Below are positions 1 through 14,300 of a stretch of 64,000 nt of DNA, piece after piece. Below the pieces are notes generated by a model, which was not told the origin of the DNA, ran no database searches, and saw only the letters and a program-made list of their open reading frames with translations. The first letter of the stretch is position 1, and the number at the start of each line of letters is the position of its first letter. The stretch lies in assembly GCA_040954595.2 (NCBI GenBank), contig CM082596.2, positions 10,780,454-10,844,453 of the forward strand, in the 5' to 3' direction. Source of the stretch: Balanoglossus misakiensis (Eukaryota; Animalia; Hemichordata). Position numbers and translations under genes: made by a program.

Positions 1-2375
1 AAAATGCAGAAATTTAGAACTTTCGCAAAGTCGAAAAATTGTCATTTTTGGACGATTTTCGTGAGCCTTGACCAATGATTTTTTTCAAAAAATGCAGAAA
101 TTTAGAACTTTTGCAAAGTAGAAATATTGTCATTTTTGGACGATTTTCGTGATCCGTGACCCATGATTTTTTTCAAAAAATGCAGAAATTTAGAACTTTT
201 GCAAAGTCAAAAAAATGTCATTTCTGGACTATTTTCGTGAGCCGTGACCCATGATTTTTTTCAAAAAATGCAGAAATTTTGAACATTCGCAAAGTCGAAA
301 AATTGTCATTTTAGAACGATATTCGTGAGCCGTAACCCATGATTTTTTCAAAAAATGCAGAAATTTAGAACTTTTGCAAAGTAGAAATATTGTCATTTTT
401 GGACGATTTTCGTGAGCCGTGACCCATGATATTTTTCAAAAAATGCAGAAATTTAGAACTTTTGCAAAGTCAAAACATTTTCATTTTTGGACTATTTTCG
501 TGAGCCGTGACCCATGATTTTTTTCAAAAAATGCAGAAATTTAGAACTTTTGCAAAGTCAAAAAATTTTCATTTTTGGACTATTTTCGTGAGCCGTAACC
601 CATGATTTTTTCAAGAAATGCAGAAATTTTGAACTTTCGCAAAGTCAAAAAAATGTCATTTTTGGACGATTTTCGTGAGCCGTAACCCATGATTTTTTTC
701 AAAAAATGCAGAAATTTAGAACTTTCGCAAAGTAGAAAAATTGTCATTTTTGGACGATTTTCGTGAGCCGTGACCCATGATTTTTTTCAAAAAATGCAGA
801 AATTTTGCACTTTTGCAAAGTCGAAAAATTGTCATTTTTGGACGATTTTCGTGAGCCGTAACCCATGATTTTTTTCAAAAAATGCAGAAATTTTGAACAT
901 TCGCAAAGTCGAAAAATTGTCATTTTTGGACGATTTTTGTGAGCCTTGACCCATGATTTTTTTTTTTAAATGCAGAAATTTTGAACTTTTGCAAAGTCGA
1001 TGAATTGTCATTTTTGGACGAATTTCGTGAGCCGTAACCCATGATTTTTTTCAAAAAATGCAGAAATTTAGAACTTTCGCAAAGTAGAAAAATTGTCATT
1101 TTTGGACGATTTTCGTGAGCCGTGACCCATGATTTTTTTCAAAAAATGCAGAAATTTTGAATTTTCGCAAAGTAGAAAAATTGTCATTTTTGGACGATTT
1201 TCGTGAGCCTTGACCCATAATTTTTTTTTTTTAAATGCAGAAATTTTGAACTTTTGCAAAGTCGATGAATTGTCATTTTTGGACGATTTTCGTGAGCCGT
1301 GACCCATGATTTTTTTCAAAAAATGCATAAATTTTGAACTTTTGCTAAGTCGATGAATTGTCATTTTTGGACGATTTTCGTGAGCCGTGACCCATGATTT
1401 TTTTCAAAAAATGCATAAATTTTGAACTTTTGCTAAGTCGAAAAATTGTCATTTTTGGACGATTTTCGTGAGCCGTGACCCATGATTTTTTTCAAAAAAT
1501 GCAGAAATTTAGAACTTTTGCAAAGTAGAAAAATTGGCATTTTTGGACGATTTTCGTGAGCCGTGACCCATGATTTTTTTAAAAAAATGCTGAAATTTTG
1601 AACTTTTGCAAAGTCGATGAATTGTCATTTTTGGACGAATTTCGTGAGCCGTAACCCATGATTTTTTTCAAAAAATGCAGAAATTTAGAACTTTCGCAAA
1701 GTAGAAAAATTGTCATTTTTGGACGATTTTCGTGAGCCGTGACCCATGATTTTTTTCAAAAAATGCAGAAATTTTGAATTTTCGCAAAGTAGAAAAATTG
1801 TCATTTTTGGACGATTTTCGTGAGCATTGACCCATAATTTTTTTTTTTTAAATGCAGAAATTTTGAACTTTTGCAAAGTCGAAAAATTGTCATTTTTGGA
1901 CGATTTTCGTGAGCCGTGACCCATGATTTTTTTTAAAAAATGCAGAAATTTAGAACTTTTGCAAAGTCAAAAAAATTGTCATTTTTGGACGATTTTCGTG
2001 AGCCGTAACCCATGATTTTTTTCAAAAAATGCAGAAATTTTGAACATTCGCAAAGTCGAAAAATTGTCATTTTAGAACGATTTTCGTGAGCCGTAACCCA
2101 TGATTTTTTTCAAAAAATGCAGAAATTTTGAACTTTTGCAAAGTCGAAAAATTGGCATTTTTGGACGATTTTCGTGAGCCGTAACCCATGATTTTTTTTC
2201 AAAAAATGCATAAATTTTGAATTTTCGCAAAGTAGAAAAATCGTCATTTTTGGACTATTTTCGTGAGCCGTAACCATGATTTTTTTCAAAAAATGCTGAA
2301 ATTTTGAACTGTCGCAAAGTCGAAAAATTGTCATTTTTGGACGATTTTTGTGAGCCGTGACCCATGATTTTTTTC

Positions 2376-5300
2376 AAAAAATGCAGAAATTTAGAACTTT
2401 TGCAAAGTAGAAAAATTGGCATTTTTGGACGATTTTCGTGAGCCGTGACCCATGATTTTTTTTAAAAAATGCTGAAATTTTGAACTTTCGCAAAGTTCAA
2501 TAATTGTCGTTTTTGGACGATTTTCGTGAGCCGTGACCCATGATTTTTTTTTCAAAAAATGCAGAAATTTTGAACTTTTGCAAAGTCGAAAAATAGGCAT
2601 TTTTGGACGATTTTCGTGAGCCGTAACCCATGATTTTTTTTCAAAAAATGCAGAAATTTAAAACTTTCGCAATGTCGAAAAATTGTCATTTTTGAACGAT
2701 ATTCGTGAGCCGTAACCCATGATTTTTTTCAAAAAATGCAGAAATTTTGAAATTTTGCAAAGTTGAAAAATTGGCATTTTTGGACGATTTTCGTGAGCCG
2801 TGACCCATGATTTTTTTCAAAAAATGCAGAAATTTAGAACTTTTGCAAAGTAGAAAAATTGGCATTTTTGGACGATTTTCGTGAGCCGTGACCCATGATT
2901 TTTTAAAAAAAATGCTGAAATTTTGAACTTTCGCAAAGTCGAATAATTGTCGTTTTTGGACGATTTTCGTGAGCCGTGACCCATGATTTTTTTCAAAAAA
3001 TGCAGAAATTTTGCAAAGTTGAAAAATTGGCATTTTTTGACGATTTTCGTGAGCCGTGACCCATGATTTTTTTCAAAAAATGCAGAAATTTTGAACTTTT
3101 GCAAAGTCGAAAAATTGGCATTTTTGGACGATTTTCGTGCGCCGTGACCCATGATTTTTTTTTTAAAAAATGCAGAAATTTTGAATTTTCGCAAAGTTGA
3201 AAAATTGTCATTTTTGGAAAATTTTCGTGAGCCGTAACCCATGATTTTTTTTTTCAAAAAATGCAGAAATTTTAAACTTTTGCAAAGTCGAAAAATTGTC
3301 ATTTTTGGACGATTTTCGTGAGCCGTAACCCATGATTTTTTTCAAAAAAAGCAGAAATTTTGAACTTTTGCAAAGTCGAAAAATTGTCATTTTAGGACGA
3401 TTTTCGTGAGACGTAACCCATGATTTTTTTCAAAAAATGCAGAAATTTTGAACTTTCGCAAAGTCGAAAAATTGTCATTTTTGGACGATTTTCGTGAGCC
3501 GTAACCCATGATTTTTTTCAAAAAAAATGCAGAAATTTAGAACTTTCGCAAAGTCGAAAAATTGTCATTTTTGGACGATTTTCGTGAGCCGTAACCCATG
3601 ATTTTTTTTCAAAAAAATGCAGAAATTTAGAACTTTCGCAAAGTAGAAAAATTGTCATTTTTGGACGATTTTCGTGAGCCTTGACCAATGATCTTTTTCA
3701 AAAAATGCAGAAATTTTGAACTTTTGCAAAGCAGAAAAATTGTCATTTTTGGACGATTTTCGTGAGCCGTGACCCATGATTTTTTTCAAAAAATGCAGAA
3801 ATTTAGAACTTTTGCAAAGTCAACAAATTGTCATTTTTGGACTATTTTCGTGAGCCGTAACCCATGATTTTTTTCAAAAAATGCAGAAATTTTGAACTTT
3901 CGCAAAGGCAAAAAAATGTCATTTTTCGACGATTTTCGTGAGCCGTGACCCATGATTTTTTTTCAAAAAATGCAGAAATTTTGAATTTTCGCAAAGTAGA
4001 AAAATTGTCATTGTTGGACGATTTTTGTGAGCCGTAACCCATGATTTTTTTCAAAAAATGCAGAAATTTTGAACATTCGCAAAGTCGAAAAATTGTCATT
4101 TTAGAACGATTTTCGTGAGCCGTAACCCATGATTGTTTCAAAAAATGCAGAAATTTTGAACTTTTGCAAAGTCGAAAAATTGGCATTTTTGGACGATTTT
4201 CGTGAGCCGTGACCCATGTTTTTTTTTTAAAAATGCAGATATTTTGAATTTTCGCAAAGTAGAAAAATTGTCATTTTTGGATGATTTTCGTGAGCCGTAA
4301 CCCATGATTTTTTTCAAAAAATGCAGAAATTTTGAACTTTTGCAAAGTCGAAAAATTGGCATTTTTGGACGATTTTCGTGAGCCGTAACCCATGATTTTT
4401 TTCAAAAAATGCATAAATTTTGAATTTTCGCAAAGTAGAAAAATCGTCATTTTTGGACGATTTTCGTGAGCCGTAACCCATGATTTTTTTTTCAAAAAAT
4501 GCAGAAATTTTAAACTTTTGCAAAGTCGAAAAATTGGCATTTTTGGACGATTTTCGTGAGCCGTAACCCATGATTTTTTTCAAAAAAAGCAGAAATTTTG
4601 AACTTTTGCAAAGTCGAAAAATTGTCATTTTAGGACGATTTTCGTGAGACGTAACCCATGATTTTTTTCAAAAAATGCAGAAATTTTGAACTTTCGCAAA
4701 GTCGAAAAATTGTCATTTTTGGACGATTTTCGTGAGCCGTAACCCATGATTTTTTTCAAAAAAATGCAGAAATTTAGAACTTTCGCAAAGTCGAAAAATT
4801 TTCATTTTTGGACGATTTTCGTGAGCCGTAACCCATGATTTTTTTCAAAAAAATGCAGAAATTTAGAACTTTCGCAAAGTAGAAAAATTGGCATTTTTGG
4901 ACGATTTTCGTGAGCCTTGACCAATGATCTTTTTCAAAAAATGCAGAAATTTTGAACTTTTGCAAAGCAGAAAAATTGTCATTTTTGGACGATTTTCGTG
5001 AGCCGTGACCCATGATTTTTTTCAAAAAATGCAGAAATTTAGAACTTTTGCAAAGTCAAAAAATTTTCATTTTTGGACTATTTTCGTGAGCCGTAACCCA
5101 TGATTTTTTTCAAAAAATGCAGAAATTTTGAACTTTCGCAAAGGCAAAAAAAATGTCATTTTTCGACGATTTTCGTGAGCCGTGACCCATGATTTTTTTT
5201 CAAAAAATGCAGAAATTTTGAATTTTCGCAAAGTAGAAAAATTGTCATTTTTGGACGATTTTCGTGAGCCGTAACCCATGATTTTTTTCAAAAAATGCAG

Positions 5301-8300
5301 AAATTTTGAACATTCGCAAAGTCGAAAAATTGTCATTTTAGAACGATTTTCGTGAGCCGTAACCCATGATTTTTTCAAAAAAAAGCAGAAATTTTGAACT
5401 TTTGCAAAGTCGAAAAATTGGCATTTTTGGACGATTTTCGTGAGCCGTGACCCATGTTTTTTTTTAAAAAATGCAGAAATTTTGAATTTTCGCAAAGTAG
5501 AAAAATTGTCATTTTTGGACGATTTTCGTGAGCCGTAACCCATGATTTTTTTCAAAAAATGCAGAAATTTTGAACTTTTGCAAAGTCGAAAAATTGGCAT
5601 TTTTGGACGATTTTCGTGAGCCGTAACCCATGATTTTTTTCAAAAAATGCAGAAATTTTGCAAAGTTGAAAAATTGGCATTTTTTGACGATTTTCGTGAG
5701 CCGTGACCCATGATTTTTTTCAAAAAATGCAGAAATTTTGAACTTTTGCAAAGTCGAAAAATTTGCATTTTTGGACGATTTTCGTGCGCCGTGACCCAAG
5801 ATTTTTTTTTTAAAAAATGCAGAAATTTTTAATTTTCGCAAAGTTGAAAAATTGTCATTTTTGGAAAATTTTCGTGAGCCGTAACCCATGATTTTTTTTT
5901 TCAAAAAATGCAGAAATTTTAAACTTTTGCAAAGTCGAAAAATTTGGCATTTTTGGACGATTTTCGTGAGCCGTAACCCATGATTTTTTTCAAAAAAAGC
6001 AGAAATTTTGAACTTTTGCAAAGTCGAAAAATTGTCATTTTAGGACGATTTCGTGAGACGTAACCCATGATTTTTTTCAAAAAAATGCAGAAATTTTGAA
6101 CTTTCGCAAAGTCGAAAAATTGTCATTTTTGGACGATTTTCGTGAGCCGTAACCCATGATTTTTTTCAAAAAAAATGCAGAAATTTAGAACTTTCGCAAA
6201 GTCGAAAAATTGTCATTTTTGGACGATTTTCGTGAGCCGTAACCCATGATTTTTTCAAAAAATGCAGAAATTTAGAACTTTCGCAAAGTAGAAAAATTGT
6301 CATTTTTGGACGATTTTCGTGAGCCTTGACCAATGATCTTTTTCAAAAAATGCAGAAATTTTGAACTTTTGCAAAGCAGAAAAATGTCATTTTTGGACGA
6401 TTTTCGTGAGCCGTGACCCATGATTTTTTTCAAAAAATGCAGAAATTTAGAACTTTTGCAAAGTCAACAAATTGTCATTTTTGGACTATTTTCGTGAGCC
6501 GTAACCCATGATTTTTTCAAAAAATGCAGAAATTTTGAACTTTCGCAAAGGCAAAAAAATGTCATTTTTCGACGATTTTCGTGAGCCGTGACCCATGATT
6601 TTTTTTCAAAAAATGCAGAAATTTTGAATTTTCGCAAAGTAGAAAAATTGTCATTGTTGGACGATTTTCGTGAGCCGTAACCCATGATTTTTTTCAAAAA
6701 ATGCAGAAATTTTGAACATTCGCAAAGTCGAAAAATTGTCATTTTAGAACGATTTTCGTGAGCCGTAACCCATGATTTTTTCAAAAAATGCAGAAATTTT
6801 TGAACTTTTGCAAAGTCGAAAAATTGGCATTTTTGGACGATTTTCGTGAGCCGTGACCCATGTTTTTTTTTTAAAAATGCAGAAATTTTGAATTTTCGCA
6901 AAGTAGAAAAATTGTCATTTTTGGACGATTTTCGTGAGCCGTAACCCATGATTTTTTTCAAAAAATGCAGAAATTTTGAACTTTTGCAAAGTCGAAAATT
7001 GGGCATTTTTGGACGATTTTCGTGAGCCGTAACCCATGATTTTTTTCAAAAAATGCATAAATTTTGAATTTTCGCAAAGTAGAAAAATCGTCATTTTTGG
7101 ACGATTTTCGTGAGCCGTAACCCATGATTTTTTTTTTCAAAAAATGCAGAAATTTTAAACTTTTGCAAAGTCGAAAAATTGGCATTTTTGGACGATTTTC
7201 GTGAGCCGTAACCCATGATTTTTTTCAAAAAAAGCAGAAATTTTGAACTTTTGCAAAGTCGAAAAATTGTCATTTTAGGACGATTTTCGTGAGACGTAAC
7301 CCATGATTTTTTTCAAAAAATGCAGAAATTTAGAACTTTCGCAAAGTCAACAAATTGTCATTTTTGGACTATTTTCGTGAGCCGTAACCCATGATTTTTT
7401 TCAAAAAAATGCAGAAATTTAGAACTTTCGCAAAGTCGAAAAATTTTCATTTTTGGACGATTTTCGTGAGCCGTAACCCATGATTTTTTTCAAAAAAATG
7501 CAGAAATTTAGAACTTTCGCAAAGTAGAAAAATTGGCATTTTTGGACGATTTTCGTGAGCCGTGACCCATGATTTTTTTCAAAAAATGCAGAAATTTAGA
7601 ACTTTTGCAAAGTCAAAAAATTGTCATTTTTGGACGATTTTCGTGAGCCGTAACCCATGATTTTTTTCAAAAAATGCAGAAATTTTGAACATTCGCAAAG
7701 TCGAAAAATTGTCATTTTAGAACGATTTTCGTGAGCCGTAACCCATGATTTTGTCAAAAAATGCAGAAATTTTGAACTTTTGCAAAGTCGAAAAATTGGC
7801 ATTTTTGGACGATTTTCGTGAGCCGTGACCCATGTTTTTTTTTTAAAAATGCAGAAATTTTGAATTTTCGCAAAGTAGAAAAATTGTCATTTTTGGACGA
7901 TTTTCGTGAGCCGTAACCGTGATTTTTTTCAAAAAATGCAGAAATTTTGAACATTCGCAAAGTCGAAAAATTGTCATTTTAGAACGATTTTCGTGAGCCG
8001 TAACCCATGATTTTGTCAAAAAATGCAGAAATTTTGAACTTTTGCAAAGTCGAAAAATTGGCATTTTTGGACGATTTTCGTGAGCCGTGACCCATGTTTT
8101 TTTTTAAAAATGCAGAAATTTTGAATTTTCGCAAAGTAGAAAAATCGTCATTTTTGGACGATTTTCGTGAGCCGTAACCGTGATTTTTTTCAAAAAATGC
8201 AGAAATTTTGAACTTTTGCAAAGTCAAAAAATTTTCATTTTTGGACTATTTTCGTGAGCCGTGACCCATGATTTTTTTCAACAAATGCAGAAATTTAGAA

Positions 8301-11300
8301 CTTTTGCAAAGTCAAAAAATTTTCATTTTTGGACTATTTTCGTGAGCCGTAACCCATGATTTTTTTCAAAAAATGCAGAAATTTAGAACTTTTGCAAAGT
8401 CAAAAAATTGTCATTTTGGAATATTTTCGTGAGCCGTAACCCATGATTTTTTTCAAAAAATGCAGAAATTTTGAACTTTCGCAAAGTCGAAAAAATGTCA
8501 TTTTTGGACGATTTTCGTGAGCCGTAACCCATGATTTTTTTCAAAAAATGCAGAAATTTTGAATGTTCGCAAAGTAGAAAAATTGTCATTTTTAGACGAT
8601 TTTCGTGAGCCTTGACCAATGATTTTTTTCAAAAAATGCAGAAATTTAGAAGTTTTGCAAAGTAGAAAAATTGTCATTTTTGGACGATTTTCGTGAGCCG
8701 TGACCCATGATTTTTTTCAAAAAATGCAGAAATTTAGAACTTTTGCAAAGTCAAAAAATTTTCATTTTTGAAATATTTTCGTGAGCCGTAACCCATGATT
8801 TTTTTCAAAAAATGCAGAAATTTTGAACTTTTGCAAAGTCGAAAAATTGGCATTTTTGGACGATTTTCGTGAGCCGTGACCCATGTTTTTTTTTTAAAAA
8901 TGCAGAAATTTTGAATTTTCGCAAAGTAGAAAAATTGTCATTTTTGGACGATTTTCGTGAGCCGTAACCCATGATTTTTTTCAAAAAATGCAGAAATTTT
9001 GAACTTTTGCAAAGTCGAAAAATTGGCATTTTTGGACGATTTTCGTGAGCCGTAACCCATGATTTTTTTCAAAAAATGCATAAATTTTGAATTTTCGCAA
9101 AGTAGAAAAATCGTCATTTTTGGACGATTTTCGTGAGCCGTAACCCATGATTTTTTTTTTCAAAAAATGCAGAAATTTTAAACTTTTGCAAAGTCGAAAA
9201 ATTGGCATTTTTGGACGATTTTCGTGAGCCGTAACCCATGATTTTTTTCAAAAAAAGCAGAAATTTTGAACTTTTGCAAAGTCGAAAAATTGTCATTTTA
9301 GGACGATTTTCGTGAGACGTAACCCATGATTTTTTTCAAAAAATGCAGAAATTTTGAACTTTCGCAAAGTCGAAAAATTGTCATTTTTGGACGATTTTCG
9401 TGAGCCGTAACCCATGATTTTTTTCAAAAAAATGCAGAAATTTAGAACTTTCGCAAAGTCGAAAAATTTTCATTTTTGGACGATTTTCGTGAGCCGTAAC
9501 CCATGATTTTTTTCAAAAAAATGCAGAAATTTAGAACTTTCGCAAAGTAGAAAAATTGGCATTTTTGGACGATTTTCGTGAGCCTTGACCAATGATCTTT
9601 TTCAAAAAATGCAGAAATTTTGAACTTTTGCAAAGCAGAAAAATTGTCATTTTTGGACGATTTTCGTGAGCCGTGACCCATGATTTTTTTCAAAAAATGC
9701 AGAAATTTAGAACTTTTGCAAAGTCAAAAAATTTTCATTTTTGGACTATTTTCGTGAGCCGTAACCCATGATTTTTTTCAAAAAATTCAGAAATTTTGAA
9801 CTTTCGCAAAGGCAAAAAAAATGTCATTTTTCGACGATTTTCGTGAGCCGTGACCCATGATTTTTTTTCAAAAAATGCAGAAATTTTGAATTTTCGCAAA
9901 GTAGAAAAATTGTCATTTTTGGACGATTTTCGTGAGCCGTAACCCATGATTTTTTTCAAAAAATGCAGAAATTTTGAACATTCGCAAAGTCGAAAAATTG
10001 TCATTTTAGAACGATTTTCGTGAGCCGTAACCCATGATTTTGTCAAAAAATGCAGAAATTTTGAACTTTTGCAAAGTCGAAAAATTGGCATTTTTGGACG
10101 ATTTTCGTGAGCCGTGACCCATGTTTTTTTTTTAAAAATGCAGAAATTTTGAATTTTCGCAAAGTAGAAAAATTGTCATTTTTGGACGATTTTCGTGAGC
10201 CGTAACCGTGATTTTTTTCAAAAAATGCAGAAATTTTGAACATTCGCAAAGTCGAAAAATTGTCATTTTAGAACGATTTTCGTGAGCCGTAACCCATGAT
10301 TTTGTCAAAAAATGCAGAAATTTTGAACTTTTGCAAAGTCAAAAAATTTTCATTTTTGGACTATTTTCGTGAGCCGTAACCCATGATTTTTTTCAAAAAA
10401 TGCAGAAATTTAGAACTTTTGCAAAGTCAAAAAATTGTCATTTTGGAATATTTTCGTGAGCCGTAACCCATGATTTTTTTCAAAAAATGCAGAAATTTTA
10501 AACTTTCGCAAAGTCAAAAAAATGTCATTTTTGGACGATTTTCGTGAGCCGTAACCCATGATTTTTTTCAAAAAATGCAGAAATTTTGAACTTTCGCAAA
10601 GTCGAAAAAATGTCATTTTTGGACGATTTTCGTGAGCCGTAACCCATGATTTTTTTCAAAAAATGCAGAAATTTTGAATGTTCGCAAAGTAGAAAAATTG
10701 TCATTTTTAGACGATTTTCGTGAGCCTTGACCAATGATTTTTTTCAAAAAATGCAGAAATTTAGAAGTTTTGCAAAGTAGAAAAATTGTCATTTTTGGAC
10801 GATTTTCGTGAGCCGTGACCCATGATTTTTTTCAAAAAATGCAGAAATTTAGAACTTTTGCAAAGTCAAAAAATTTTCATTTTTGAAATATTTTCGTGAG
10901 CCGTAACCCATGATTTTTTTCAAAAAATGCAGAAATTTTGAACTTTCGCAAAGTCAAAAAAATGTCATTTTTGGACGATTTTCGTGAGCCGTGACCCATG
11001 ATTTTTTTCAAAAAATGCAGAAATTTTGAATGTTCGCAAAGTAGAAAAATTGTCATTTTTGGACGATTTTCGTGAGCCGTAACCCATGATTTTTTTCAAA
11101 AAATGCAGAAATTTTGAACTTTCGCAAAGTCGAAAAATTGTCATTTTTGGACGATTTTCGTGAGCCGTAACCCATGATTTTTTTCAAAAAATGCAGAAAT
11201 TTAGAACTTTCGCAAAGTAGAAAAATTGTCATTTTTGGACGATTTTCGTGAGCCGTGACCCATGATTTTTTCAAAAAATGCAGAAATTTTGAAAGTTCGC

Positions 11301-14300
11301 AAAGTAGAAAAATTGTCATTTTTGGACGATTTTCGTGATCCGTAACCCATGATTTTTTTCAAAAAATGCAGAAATTTTGAACATTCGCAAAGTCGAAAAA
11401 TTGTCATTTTTGGACGATTTTCGTGAGCCTTAACCCATGATTTTTTTTTTTAAATGCAGAAATTTTGAACTTTTGCAAAGTCGATGAATTGTCATTTTTG
11501 GACGATTTTCGTGAGCCGTAACCCATGATTTTTTTCAAAAAATGCAGGAATTTTGAAAATTCGCAAAGTCGAAAAATTGTCCTTTTTGGACGATTTTCGT
11601 GAGACGTAACCAATGATTTTTTTCAAAAAATGCAGAAATTTAGAACTTTTGCAAAGTAGAAAAATTGGCATTTTTGGACGATTTTCGTGAGCCGTGACCC
11701 ATGATTTTTTTTAAAAAATGCTGAAATTTTGAACTTTCGCAAAGTTCAATAATTGTCGTTTTTGGACGATTTTCGTGAGCCGTGACCCATGATTTTTTTT
11801 TTCAAAAAATGCAGAAATTTTGAACTTTTGCAAAGTCGAAAAATAGGCATTTTTGGACGATTTTCGTGAGCCGTAACCCATGATTTTTTTTCAAAAAATG
11901 CAGAAATTTAAAACTTTCGCAATGTCGAAAAATTGTCATTTTTGAACGATATTCGTGAGCCGTAACCCATGATTTTTTTCAAAAAATGCAGAAATTTTGA
12001 AATTTTGCAAAGTTGAAAAATTGGCATTTTTGGACGATTTTCGTGAGCCGTGACCCATGATTTTTTTCAAAAAATGCAGAAATTTAGAACTTTTGCAAAG
12101 TAGAAAAATTGGCATTTTTGGACGATTTTCGTGAGCCGTGACCCATGATTTTTTAAAAAAAATGCTGAAATTTTGAACTTTCGCAAAGTCGAATAATTGT
12201 CGTTTTTGGACGATTTTCGTGAGCCGTGACCCATGATTTTTTTCAAAAAATGCAGAAATTTTGCAAAGTTGAAAAATTGGCATTTTTTGACGATTTTCGT
12301 GAGCCGTGACCCATGATTTTTTTCAAAAAATGCAGAAATTTTGAACTTTTGCAAAGTCGAAAAATTGGCATTTTTGGACGATTTTCGTGCGCCGTGACCC
12401 ATGATTTTTTTTTTAAAAAATGCAGAAATTTTGAATTTTCGCAAAGTTGAAAAATTGTCATTTTTGGAAAATTTTCGTGAGCCGTAACCCATGATTTTTT
12501 TTTTCAAAAAATGCAGAAATTTTAAACTTTTGCAAAGTCGAAAAATTGTCATTTTTGGACGATTTTCGTGAGCCGTAACCCATGATTTTTTTCAAAAAAA
12601 GCAGAAATTTTGAACTTTTGCAAAGTCGAAAAATTGTCATTTTAGGACGATTTTCGTGAGACGTAACCCATGATTTTTTTCAAAAAATGCAGAAATTTTG
12701 AACTTTCGCAAAGTCGAAAAATTGTCATTTTTGGACGATTTTCGTGAGCCGTAACCCATGATTTTTTTCAAAAAAAATGCAGAAATTTAGAACTTTCGCA
12801 AAGTCGAAAAATTGTCATTTTTGGACGATTTTCGTGAGCCGTAACCCATGATTTTTTTTCAAAAAAATGCAGAAATTTAGAACTTTCGCAAAGTAGAAAA
12901 ATTGTCATTTTTGGACGATTTTCGTGAGCCTTGACCAATGATCTTTTTCAAAAAATGCAGAAATTTTGAACTTTTGCAAAGCAGAAAAATTGTCATTTTT
13001 GGACGATTTTCGTGAGCCGTGACCCATGATTTTTTTCAAAAAATGCAGAAATTTAGAACTTTTGCAAAGTCAACAAATTGTCATTTTTGGACTATTTTCG
13101 TGAGCCGTAACCCATGATTTTTTTCAAAAAATGCAGAAATTTTGAACTTTCGCAAAGGCAAAAAAATGTCATTTTTCGACGATTTTCGTGAGCCGTGACC
13201 CATGATTTTTTTTCAAAAAATGCAGAAATTTTGAATTTTCGCAAAGTAGAAAAATTGTCATTGTTGGACGATTTTTGTGAGCCGTAACCCATGATTTTTT
13301 TCAAAAAATGCAGAAATTTTGAACATTCGCAAAGTCGAAAAATTGTCATTTTAGAACGATTTTCGTGAGCCGTAACCCATGATTGTTTCAAAAAATGCAG
13401 AAATTTTGAACTTTTGCAAAGTCGAAAAATTGGCATTTTTGGACGATTTTCGTGAGCCGTGACCCATGTTTTTTTTTTAAAAATGCAGATATTTTGAATT
13501 TTCGCAAAGTAGAAAAATTGTCATTTTTGGATGATTTTCGTGAGCCGTAACCCATGATTTTTTTCAAAAAATGCAGAAATTTTGAACTTTTGCAAAGTCG
13601 AAAAATTGGCATTTTTGGACGATTTTCGTGAGCCGTAACCCATGATTTTTTTCAAAAAATGCATAAATTTTGAATTTTCGCAAAGTAGAAAAATCGTCAT
13701 TTTTGGACGATTTTCGTGAGCCGTAACCCATGATTTTTTTTTCAAAAAATGCAGAAATTTTAAACTTTTGCAAAGTCGAAAAATTGGCATTTTTGGACGA
13801 TTTTCGTGAGCCGTAACCCATGATTTTTTCAAAAAAAGCAGAAATTTTGAACTTTTGCAAAGTCGAAAAATTGTCATTTTAGGACGATTTTCGTGAGACG
13901 TAAACCATGATTTTTTTCAAAAAATGCAGAAATTTTGAACTTTCGCAAAGTCGAAAAATTGTCATTTTTGGACGATTTTCGTGAGCCGTAACCCATGATT
14001 TTTTTCAAAAAAATGCAGAAATTTAGAACTTTCGCAAAGTCGAAAAATTTTCATTTTTGGACGATTTTCGTGAGCCGTAACCCATGATTTTTTTCAAAAA
14101 AATGCAGAAATTTAGAACTTTCGCAAAGTAGAAAAATTGGCATTTTTGGACGATTTTCGTGAGCCTTGACCAATGATCTTTTTCAAAAATGCAGAAATTT
14201 TGAACTTTTGCAAAGCAGAAAAATTGTCATTTTTGGACGATTTTCGTGAGCCGTGACCCATGATTTTTTTCAAAAATGCAGAAATTTAGAACTTTTGCAA

